Part shown: piece by piece, positions 53,335 through 64,000 of the stretch | Layout: every line of letters begins with the position of its first letter | How positions within the stretch are numbered: position 1 is the stretch's first letter | Source: Octopus sinensis | Lineage: Eukaryota | Assembly: GCF_006345805.1 (NCBI RefSeq) | Contig: NC_043000.1 | Coordinates: forward strand, 39,680,001-39,744,000 | Reading direction: 5' to 3' | DNA: 64,000 nucleotides | Notes under the pieces: generated by a model | What the model saw: the letters and a program-made list of their open reading frames with translations, nothing else | What the model was told of the DNA's origin: nothing | Database searches by the model: none | Position numbers and translations under genes: made by a program

Positions 53335-53529
53335 TGGGAAATATATTCAAAGACCTCGTCTAATCACAATTAATGAATGTGTTTATATAACAAGTGCAGA
53401 AAACAATATTTACAGAATACCTGGACATATTGAACAGCAAACATCTGAAAATATGGAAATCCTGATATTTGAAGATGATCCAAAATATTTACTCACTGAA
53501 TAAGGATTGTTTAAGGATGTTGAACGAAA

Positions 53530-53835
53530 CACCCATTTTCTGAAGGTGATTTATCCAAACCCCATAGAATTCCTCTCAATACATAGCTATGATGCTCCCC
53601 CACTAATTCTGCTTGTGATCAGAGATGCACATATCGTCAACCATTAAGGGACATGCTCAACTGGTTAAGGTCAAGCAACTGACAAGCAAATCTGTGGTAT
53701 TGAGCAGAATATTTGGTGTTTCGCCCATCTTTTATACCAAGACAAAATAATGTACATGATAATGTACATCAGTTAAGATAAGAAGCCATGAGAGCCACTG
53801 CTTGGTACTGCATCAGGGCAATTATCATCATCATC
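53530..53835 (+). mobile_element. Probable SINE/LINE 3' fragment ending in (atc)n
   Basis: Ends gcttggtactgcatcagggc followed by atc repeats; recognised as repeat-like only. Confidence 0.35.
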
Positions 53836-53859
53836 ATTATTATTTTATATGTAAATACA

Positions 53860-54050
53860 TAGCTTAATTTGGTGGGTATGATGGAAAGTGTCAGCTGTCC
53901 TCAGCCTTCAGATTGAGGTGATACTTGTTTACTGTCATCTCTATCTTCAGGTCACTCCTCCTCATTCATAGCCACCGGTACTCTGTATCTGTCTTCGCAG
54001 TCACATCTCTTGCAAACTGGCCGTACATGTTCTTTTCCTTCCATGCTTCC
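53860..54050 (-). mobile_element. Fragment of an RLE-type (R4/Dong-like) non-LTR retrotransposon C-terminal region
   Basis: Minus strand gives MYGQFARDV...D..Y.WL.MRRSDLKIE, resembling the HGQF...W.WL...LK.ETE motif. Confidence 0.5.
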
Positions 54051-54229
54051 ATGCTTTTTCTTTTCTTTCTTTTTTGTTCATTTCTTGTTTAAATTTTTCT
54101 TTCGTTTCACAATTTTCAGTTTTGATGACAAAATAAATAAATAAAAAACACGATAGAAGACTCAAAGTACCTGCATATGTATCGATTTAGGCCCCTTGGT
54201 AATATGTCCTTTTAAACTGTTGTAGAAAG

Positions 54230-54385
<156 letters not shown>

Positions 54386-54648
54386 TTTTATGAAACTTTT
54401 AGCCTCTATTTGACAAATCTATAGCGTATTGAACTTACATTTCTGTCTGATCTCAATGGTCCAATATATAGGACCGTCACCATAGGACCGTCACTGACAT
54501 CTTCAACGAAAAGCAACTCTGAAAATACATATCGCTTGCAACAGTTGGTCGATTAGTCCATAAATTTCGTGCAACAGGCTATGTGCTACCGAAATGACCA
54601 CCTTCTGCTATCAAACGAGACACACACACACACACACACACACACATA

Positions 54649-54730
<82 letters not shown>

Positions 54731-54919
54731 ACAAGCTTCAAAAATATCCAAAGCAATCGTTGCAGGAAAGTGGCGTTCCTCCAACAACAATGCGACGAAT
54801 GATAAAAGCTGCACACGTTGAAACTTTGCAAAGCTGTGATCGTAAATTTGACAATTTCTAATTAGTTTCTCTTTGTAATGAGATACAGTGTTGGTTTTGA
54901 AATATGCGATATAGATTCG

Positions 54920-55313
54920 TTTCTATTCTAGGCACAAGGCCCGAAATTTGGGGGGAATGGGGCATTCGATTAGATCAACCCCAGTACGCAACTGCTACAT
55001 AATTTATCGACCCCGAAAGTATGAAGGGCAAAGTCGACCTCGGCGGAGTTTGAACTCGGAACGTAACGGCAGACGAAATATCTATTTCTTTACTACCCAC
55101 AAGGGGCTAAACATAGAGGGGACAAACAAGGACAGACAAACAGATTAAGTCGATTACCTCGACCCCAGTGCGTAACTGGTACTTAATTTATCGACTCCGA
55201 AAGGATGAAAGGCAAAGTCGACCTCGGCAGAATTTGAACCCAGAACGTAACGGCAGACGAAATACGGCTACGCATTTCGCCCGGCGTGCTAATGTTTCTG
55301 CTAGCTCGCCGCC
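54920..55313 (-). mobile_element. Two adjacent SINE family C copies (54920-55080 partial with a variant tail; 55081-55313 full)
   Basis: The gtcgacctcggc...tttgaac block occurs twice. Confidence 0.88.
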
Positions 55314-55414
55314 ATATATGCAAAATATTAAATGAGTTTTAATCTTGGTACGTGACGTTTGTCCTATCATATAAACACACACGCACGCACGCATACACAC
55401 ACACACACACGCAC

Positions 55415-55457
<43 letters not shown>

Positions 55458-55679
55458 GTATATTTCAGGATGGTCACTCATGTTTTTTTATTTACTAAAT
55501 AAGCACACGAACTATAAATTTAATCTTCACTCGTTTATTCCTCTTCTGTTTTTATCGTATGTCCATTGTCTAGAAATCTTTCGTCTCACATATGTGATCT
55601 CTTCAAGCACCCTTTTTGTCCTCTTGCCCCGCTTAGTCCATTGCCAGACTAATTGGAGCAGGAGGATATATGTATATAT

Positions 55680-56070
55680 AGGCGCAGGCGTCGCTCTGTG
55701 GTTAGACGCTTGCTCCCCAGTGACTTGGTTCCATGTTCAGTTCCACTGTGTTGCACCGTGTGCAAGCGACCTCTACTATATCCTTCGGTCGACTAAATCC
55801 TTATAAGTGGATTTGGTAGGCGAAAACTGAAAAAAAGCTCGTCGAATATGCGTGTGAGTTTGTGTGGCTGTGCTTGCACCCCACCTACTAACACTTGACA
55901 ACCGATGTTGGTGTGTTTACGTCCCCGTAAACTAGCGGTTCGGCAAAAAGCGACCTATAGAAGAATTACTAGGCTAAGAAAGAGTGCGTCATGGGGTCGA
56001 ATTGTTTGACTACAGGTAGTGATCCAGCATCGCCGCAGTCACATAACTGAAACAAGTGAAAGAATAAGTA
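55680..56070 (+). mobile_element. SINE family A (diverged)
   Basis: Family match. Confidence 0.85.
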
Positions 56071-56075
56071 AAAGA

Positions 56076-56142
<67 letters not shown>

Positions 56143-56145
<3 letters not shown>

Positions 56146-56975
56146 TAGCTGAAGGTAACGCGCTCTACGCGCGGGTAAGTGTGTGGTTGTTACTTTCTGT
56201 TGTTTATAACCACATTCTCCCTCTTTGTTTTTCTCTCCTTACTCTCTCACTTTCCCACTCTCTTACTCTTCCTTTCTCTCGGACTCTCCCTCGCTTTCTC
56301 TTACTCTCTAACTTTATCTATCACTCTCCAATTTATAAACAACAAAGGATCTTGAGTAAGATGAGAAATAAAATATTTTGAAAGATCAATCATAAATATT
56401 AGGCAGTGACAACGGAAAAGTCTGCTTCAAGGCGGACAGCAAAACACTAACATTTAAAAGGGACAGACGAACTTGCGAGCTGAATAAAAACATAAGAATA
56501 TTGGAAACCAAAGTTTGAAGGGATAGAATCTGAGGATAGTAGAGTCACCATGGCTGGCATTTCTTAACGACGGACAGCAGCGTAGTGGCAGTTTAACGGC
56601 TGGCGCAAAATTTTGAACTTGATGTAAAAGAAAATTTCTAAACACCAAGTTTTGAAGTGATTCTTTCTCACGACAGTAGACTCACCATGGCAGGCATTCA
56701 AAACTTCTTCATGATGGACGGCAACACATTGACGATTTAAAGGCTGGAGCAAATTTTTTAGCTTATTGTAACAGAGAATTCATAACTACCCGCTCCTGTA
56801 AATTTTAATCCCCTCCCAGCCCCATTTAGACCCCTTTTTACATTTTAGTTAATATAACCTGATTTCATTCGGGTCTACTCGGACCACATTTTATAAGATG
56901 AGGAATTTTGTCCTAGAGGTCACGCCTTTCATTTGAGGAAAAAAATAGTTGCCATGCAAATTGGCCAGCACTTTT
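56143..56975 (+). mobile_element. Possible non-autonomous Helentron/DINE-like element with internal repeats of about 135 bp
   Basis: Begins ACTAGC...cgcgctctacgcgcggg straight after (TA)n; CT-rich tract; two diverged copies of a tagagtcaccatggc.ggcatt unit. Confidence 0.45.
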
Positions 56976-57022
56976 AATATAGGTGTGCATATTTTCAGAT
57001 CAACCGACTACTTAATGCACAC

Positions 57023-57077
<55 letters not shown>

Positions 57078-57081
<4 letters not shown>

Positions 57082-58299
57082 AAATCAAATTGCGATAAAA
57101 TAAAAATAATTATAATCGCTGGTATTACTAACACAAGCCATATATTTTCCATATATCAGTACATAAGGCGAAATATGTGCTAGGAACACAGAAGCTTGAT
57201 AAATTAAGTGAAATGAAGATAAAAACATTTACTAACTCGGTTATTCTCAGACTGCAGTTTCTTTCTTTTCAGCAATAAAGATAATTTATTTGCTCAGGGA
57301 GAATTCGTCAGTGAGAGCCCTGTTTTTCTGAGATCCTAACTCACTAGAAGCATGTGCTTCTAATGATTTACTCTCTCTAATTAATCATATCACTGCGCAG
57401 ACTCCGAACGTCCCGACAAAACTAGGGATTTCTGATATATCGTCTAGCGCTCATAATTTATCGAGAAATATGTAAACAAATCAAATTGCGATAAAATAAA
57501 AATAATTATAATCGCTGGTATTACTAACACAAGCCATATATTTTCCATATATCAGTACATTAAGGCGAAATATGTGCTAGGAACACAGAAGCTTGATAAA
57601 TTAAGTGAAATGAAGATAAAAACATTTACTAACTCGGTTATTCTCAGACTGCAGTTTCTTTCTTTTCAGCAATAACGATAATTTATTTGCTCAGGGAGAA
57701 TTCGTCAGTGAGAGCCCTGTTTTTCTGAGATCCTAACTCACTAGAAGCATGTGCTTCTAATGATTTACTCTCTCTAACTAATCATATCACTGCGCAGACT
57801 CCGAACGTCCCGACAAAACTAGGGATTTCTGGTATATCGTCTAGCGCTCATAATTTATCGAGAAATATGTAAACAAATCAAATTGCGATAAAATAAAAAT
57901 AATTATAATCGCTGGTATTACTAACACAAGCCATATATTTTCCATATATCAGTACATTAAGGCGAAATATGTGCTAGGAACACAGAAGCTTGATAAATTA
58001 AGTGAAATGAAGATAAAAACATTTACTAACTCGGTTATTCTCAGACTGCAGTTTCTTTCTTTTCAGCAATAAAGATAATTTATTTGCTCAGGGAGAATTC
58101 GTCAGTGAGAGCCCTGTTTTTCTGAGATCCTAACTCACTAGAAGCATGTGCTTCTAATGATTTACTCTCTCTAACTAATCATATCACTGCGCAGACTCCG
58201 AACGTCCCGACAAAACTAGGGATTTCTGGTATATCGTCTAGCGCTCATAATTTATCGAGAAATATGTAAACAAATCAAATTGCGATAAAATAAAAATAA
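57078..58299. repeat. Tandem array: three near-identical 396-397-bp units plus a partial fourth
   Basis: Unit starts at 57078, 57474, 57871 and 58268; I count four variable positions among the units. Confidence 0.97.
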
Positions 58300-58312
58300 T
58301 ATATATATATAT

Positions 58313-58400
58313 TGGCCTACTCGCTTAGCCAGCGGGGCGGTGTCATTTGAAGGCTAAAACAATGCGCAATGTGACCAGCGATGTGTAGCAACATCTGATA
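58313..58400 (+). mobile_element. SINE family B' 3' tail fragment
   Basis: ttggcctactcgcttagccagcgggg...gtgaccagcgatgtgtagcaacatctgat. Confidence 0.8.
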
Positions 58401-58406
58401 TACATA

Positions 58407-58473
<67 letters not shown>

Positions 58474-58476
<3 letters not shown>

Positions 58477-58843
58477 CAACGAATTGCCTCACCACACACC
58501 GAATTTAGAAATAGCAGTCAAAGAGTTATAGCTATTCTTTCTACTAAAAGGGAGATCTCAGTAAAAACACACCACTTGAAAGGCAAACACAGACAGGTAA
58601 GAAGTTGGGTAAGATATAATTATCTAATTCTTATGCTTTCCTAAAACTTAATTTCGAAACGTACGTCCGTAGGTGACTTAAAATTGTATGATAGATTGCC
58701 GTCATTTCATTCTCTCTTACCTGTCTGTGTTTGCCTTTCAAGTGCTGTGTTTTTACTGAGATCTCCCTTTTAGTAGAAAGAATAGCTATAACTCTTTGAC
58801 TGCTATTTCTAAATTCGGTGTGTGGTGAGGCAATTCGTTGCTA
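58474..58843. repeat. Near-perfect inverted repeat, 129-bp arms, 112-bp spacer; right arm runs into a PLE-like terminal repeat
   Basis: 58474-58602 is the reverse complement of 58715-58843; I see one mismatch. Confidence 0.95.
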
Positions 58844-58963
58844 AACCCTTAATTGCTTAGTATTACTTAAATTTTCCTCGAATGAGGCTTTTACATGCCG
58901 AAATCTACTTGGTGTAATTAATAATTATTCCAAATTAATTAATTTCACCCTATATTGTTACTG

Positions 58964-59024
<61 letters not shown>

Positions 59025-59717
59025 CTCCCTTATTCCCCTTCCTTTCTTTCCCTCCATCCGTCTTCCCCCCCCCTTCTACGTTTCTCTCTATCTCTCTCAC
59101 CTCCAGCCCCCTCGTCTCTTTCTCTTTCTTCTCCTCCCTCGTCCACCTTCTCTCTCTTTTCATCTGTCCCTTTCTCCTGTCTTTTGTTCTCACGTGACCG
59201 CTAGCGCTGTTGAGCGCTCTTTCGTTCCAGCAGCAGCCGCTGAAGCAACACGTATTTGTTCGTCTCCCTGCGGCCATTAGGCACAACTTCATAAGCCAGC
59301 CCCATACTCAACTCGTCCTGTCGAAAGACCCTTGTCCTACGTCCTGGTTTTGTTTTGTTGTTTATTTTTTATTTTTACCGTTATTGTTTTTACGTTTTTG
59401 TATTCTTATTGGTGTCACGTATTCTGTATTTTTGTTCGTGTACTTCGTTCGTTTTCGTCCTCGTGTTGTATACATTCGAAGCTTTCTTCCAGGGATCTAT
59501 GCGCTTGGCTTAGATTTCCCTTGGCGGGCTGCCCAATCGGAGCAATCTCAAGATTAATCAGCCGAAATTGCTAAGATGATCTGGTTCTTGACTGATGACT
59601 GAGGGCTTCGAATGTCCCGTCCTGTGGTTCTTGTGTCGTCTCTGTGGTTTTCATGTTCTTGTCCATGTCTGTAATTATTTTCACTGTTTACCTATATATA
59701 TATATATATATATATAC

Positions 59718-59915
59718 TGCGTGTGTACCGTTAGCGATTTCTTTCCTCCGTCTTCCCTTCTTTCGATCTTTCCTTTTCCTATGTTTCTGACGAAGTTCTC
59801 CGCCCGAAATGTTAAACCCTTCTTCTTTCCTTCATTCCTGAGCGTCCAATAATACTATACTTGTTCCACGTCCTCGCGTTGTTGTGTTTTCTCTTTGTGC
59901 TTTCATGCTTATATA
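59718..59915 (+). mobile_element. Family D copy with hammerhead motif
   Basis: gtttCTGACGAagttctccgcccGAAAtgttaaac at 59783-59817. Confidence 0.78.
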
Positions 59916-60102
59916 TTTATATATAGATATTTATATATTTATATATAGATATTTATATATAGAACACACACATATAAATTAACCCAATAAATATCTGATT
60001 CATAATATTTGTTCTCATGATTGTGTCGTGGTGGTGGCGATAATAATTCTCTCAATGAATGCAGACAGACGTAGACAGACATATATATATATATATATAT
60101 GT

Positions 60103-60405
60103 GGAGTCGCAATGGCCTAGTGGTTAGGGCAGCGGACTCGCGGTCGCAGGATCGCGGTTTCGATTCCCAGACCGGGCGTTGTGAGTGTTTATTGAGCGAA
60201 AACACCTAAAAGCTCCACGAGCCTCCGGCAGGGGGTGGTGATCCCTGCTGTTCTCTTTCACCACTCTCTCTCCCACTCTTTCTTCTGTTGGCCTGCTCGC
60301 TTAGCCAGCGGGGTGGCGCCATTTGAAGGGTAAAACAATGCGAACGCATTGTGACCAGCGATGTGTAACAACATCTGATGGTCTGGTCGGTCCCGTGATC
60401 CCGTG

Positions 60406-60407
<2 letters not shown>
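60103..60407 (+). mobile_element. SINE family B', full length
   Basis: A-box-like tggcctagtggttagg and B-box-like ggtttcgattccc, with the B' tail. Confidence 0.9.
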
Positions 60408-60480
<73 letters not shown>

Positions 60481-61382
60481 TATATTATATATATATATAT
60501 ATATATATTTAATGTAGAATAAAATTTTTTTGAACATTTTTCACAATACGCATGCTACTCGAAAAAAGGTCGACAGAAATTTCTAAAAAGTTCCATTATT
60601 ACCATATCGGACCGATTTCAGGGTTAGTTCTTAAGAACCCTCCCTTCGTCAGTGATAAATGTGGCAAAGAAATAAATGATACTTACTCATACCCATGGAA
60701 GAAGCAAAACACTAAGTCATGAGCACGACTAAGTACCCAAAATACATCCAAAATAGAAATACTCCTGCCCATTCAAGGCACGTGCGATTTGAACTGAGGC
60801 TCTCACAGAGTTAGAGAATCCGGAAGTGAACACTATGAAATTTATATTTATATATAAAGTTGTATATATATATATATATAAATTTATATATGTATAAAAA
60901 AACAAGTAAAAGAATATATATACATATATAAATGACTCTGCTAATTGTTCTTTTTCTTCCAATTAATGGAATTCTTTACACTAATTTTTATTTTGATTTT
61001 AAACTTTAAATATAAATAGAATTGTTCTGGTAATTTAATTCGTACGTATGTCTTGAAGTAAACAAGAAGAATTGTTTCAATGTTAAACAATTTGGTGACA
61101 ACGTATTTTTCTGTCACAAAGTCTTTATCCTCCATTAACATTTTCTCACCATCAGATGCATGGCTTCTGGGAATTATTTTACATTGTCTGGAATTATTAT
61201 AAACCCTATTACAAGCAAATAACAGAATCCCTAAAATGACCCTAGAAACATTTTAGATAATGACAACTTAAGGGAAGATCATGGCTAGAAGTCTTTGACC
61301 ATAGTGTTACTGGTTAAACATCAACAGAAACCATAATTTCACTTACGGTGGGGGAGTGCTACGCACTGGTAGGTGTGTGTGC

Positions 61383-61458
<76 letters not shown>

Positions 61459-61475
61459 CATGTCTGTAGGTACGT

Positions 61476-61512
<37 letters not shown>

Positions 61513-61518
<6 letters not shown>

Positions 61519-61905
61519 ATCCAAACAAGAAAGCACAGAAAAACACAACAACGCGAGGACGTGGAACAAATAAGAAGGAAAGAAGGACGGTTTAATGTAT
61601 AAATATATATATATATGTATGTATATGTATGTTTGTAGGGCTGTAGGTCAAAATGTGACCGCGTGTGTACCGTTGGCGATTTTTTTTCCTTTGTCTTCCC
61701 TTCTCTGGATCTTTCCTTCTCCTATGTTTCCGACGAAGAGCTCCGCTCGAAACGTTAAACCCTCCTTCTTTCCTGGGCGTCCAATAATACTATATTTGTT
61801 CCACGTCCTCGCGTTGTTGTGTTTTCTCTTTGTGCTTTCATGCTTGGATTAACTATATATATACAGATATATACACTTTTTTGTGCTTTCTTGTTTGGAT
61901 TAACT
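61513..61905 (+). mobile_element. Family D copy with hammerhead motif, an inverted partial copy upstream and a short direct copy downstream
   Basis: Core at 61660-61862; 61513-61572 is the reverse complement of about 61793-61858; motif at 61726-61760. Confidence 0.8.
61726..61760 (+). ncRNA. Minimal type I hammerhead ribozyme motif (U4-to-C variant, likely inactive in this copy)
   Basis: GTTT-C(C)GACGA-A-GAGC-tcc-GCTC-GAA-ACGT-T-AAAC: 4-bp stem I, 4-bp stem II, palindromic ACGT stem III. Confidence 0.6.
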
Positions 61906-61910
61906 GTAGG

Positions 61911-61969
<59 letters not shown>

Positions 61970-63273
61970 CGGCTTAATTCGGATTACATTTGATCCATTT
62001 CAGCTCTGACCATCTCGTCGATTCATATTTACCTAACACGTCATTACTACCATTAGTAAACGCAGAATTAGAAAGATATGATGCTGATATTTTGTTTAAT
62101 AACACATCCAACCTACACTCACACAGACACACACACACACATACACACACGTATATGCGCGTGAGTCGGTCTACGTGTTTATATGTGTGTCCATCTAATT
62201 CTCTGGGCCTACATAATATTCACACATTAAATACAAGAGATTGATTCTATGAATTATGCATAAAACTTTTCAATGAACGCCGATATCATTATAAACTCTA
62301 ATTCCGCATTCATCAATTATTAAAAGTTCCCACGTTCAAAATAATCTGAATTAATTTTACACAACTTCGACTTTTATACACAATGAGATCTGTGTATCAC
62401 GTAAACACTTCACACCACAGCAAGTTTGGACTGGTACAGCTGAATTCGGTCTAATTAAATAAGTGAATTACATCCGGCTTTTTGTCCGTACAAGGAATGG
62501 GTTATGCAAAGGAGCTCAGTATTATGAAAAGGCTAGTACGTTGCTGCTGGGTGGAGAGGAACATGCTTCCTTAAATTGCTTTTACGGTGATCTTCTACAA
62601 ATAAATATGGATGTTTTATTTCAAGTATACAGCTTGGTTGATTACATAGTATTAGATTTAGTCCTAAGATATAGAGATGTATATAGATATATACATATAT
62701 AATGCAAGTTTGTGTGTGTGTGCGTGTGCGCGAGTGTGTCTTGTTTCAATTTTGGCGGTCCGTTTGACAATATCTGTGGATTACAAGAGTGTAGATAAAT
62801 AGAGAAGATCAGTGTAATGTGAAGTAATTGGAAATAATATAAAGTATTTTTAATGTCATGTGAATTTATAAAGCCTCAACATTCTCTGAAAGAATTACTT
62901 TCTATAATAGGACCCGAAGTACACGTAAAGACCCTAGGGAAATATGCAAGCATTGAACCGAAAACCGGCTCTCAGAGAATTAGGTGGCAACACTCGGTTA
63001 CCGCGACCCAAAGAAGTTTCCTTAAGCCAACATCATTCCCACGTAATCCTAATTACCATGGAGAACTCGAGAATCACCTAAGAAGATGAATAAAATGTGA
63101 AAGAGATGAACAGAAACGTTAAAATAAAAGAAAGTAAAATTCGATAAAGGATCGATAGCATGGTGTGGAGTTACGATAACAATAGTGAAAGTGAACAAGT
63201 ATTGAAAAATTAAGAATTAACAATAATTGAAATATTAGTGAAGCAAAATGATGTAAATGACTAATTTAAATAA

Positions 63274-63659
63274 AAGGAGCACTCCGTCGGTTACGACGAT
63301 GAGGGTCCCAGCTGATACGATCAACGGAACAACTTGCACGTGGAATTAACGTGCAAGTGGCTGAGCATGCCACAGACACGGGTACCCTTAACGTAGTTCT
63401 CGAGAAGATTCAGCGTGACACAGAGTGTGACAAGGCTGGCCCTTTGAAATACAGGTACAACAGAAACAGGAAGAAAGAGTGAGAGAAAGTTGTGGTGAAA
63501 GAGTACAGCAGGGTTCACCACTACCCCCTGCAGGAGCCTTGTGAAGCTTTAGGTGTTTTCGCTCAATAAACACTCACAATGCCCGGTCTGGGAATCAAAA
63601 CCGCGATCCTACGACTGCGAGTCCGCTGCCCTAACCACTGGGCCATTGCGCCTCCACAA
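63274..63659 (-). mobile_element. SINE family B, full length with 14-bp TSD
   Basis: TSD actaatttaaataa at 63260-63273 and 63660-63673. Confidence 0.93.
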
Positions 63660-63771
63660 ACTAATTTAAATAACAAGAATATGAAATGGAAGCAAAATTA
63701 ATGATATGAAAAATAAATATAATTGAAGTATGTAAATAATATGAATATGCACACAGATACATTTACGGAAC

Positions 63772-64000
63772 TATATATATATATATAAATATATGTATGT
63801 GTGTTGTGTGTATGTATGTATGTATGTATGTATGTATACATATATATGTACAAGACACACGCTCACATAAACAAGTTTATATATATATATATATATAAAT
63901 ATATGTATGTGTGTTGTGTGTATGTATGTATGTATGTATGTATGTATACATATATATGTACAAGACACACGCTCACATAAACAAGTTTATATATATATAT
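63772..64000. repeat. 110-bp tandem duplication of a microsatellite-rich unit
   Basis: caagacacacgctcacataaacaagttt starts at 63851 and 63961. Confidence 0.9.

Noticed and set aside
57280-57325. Hammerhead ribozyme in the 397-bp unit (minus-strand CTGACGA)
   Set aside because: GAAA is replaced by CAAA and stem I does not pair; noted only as a hint.
62853-63089. 78-aa ORF
   Set aside because: Short, no motif, no splice support; within chance expectation.

Overview
Eukaryotic, AT-rich, repeat-dominated DNA with dense (TA)n/(TG)n/(AAT)n microsatellites. The SINE families and microsatellite style suggest a cephalopod, probably Octopus (inference from recognition, not a database search). I see no rRNA, true tRNA genes or CRISPR arrays. 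Most of the window is decayed mobile DNA: two mariners, a Tc1, a hAT derivative, two different Penelope-like elements (PLEs) plus PLE terminal-repeat fragments, CR1-clade, RTE and L1/Tx1 LINEs, an RLE-type LINE fragment, two Gypsy integrase remnants, a possible Helentron-type element and about 20 tRNA-derived SINEs. The only credible host coding sequence is a minus-strand exon (12767-12981) encoding the start of a type II membrane protein, so much of the window is probably intronic. The main items worth follow-up are: short repeats carrying minimal hammerhead-ribozyme motifs; an in-frame poly-Asn expansion in a PLE ORF; a young 397-bp tandem array; several long near-perfect foldback palindromes; a SINE/LINE shared 3' stem-loop; and an intronless decayed beta-propeller-like cassette at 51-53.3 kb. 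None of these is demonstrably a new biological system from sequence alone. Most ORFs in the supplied track are microsatellite or antisense artefacts.
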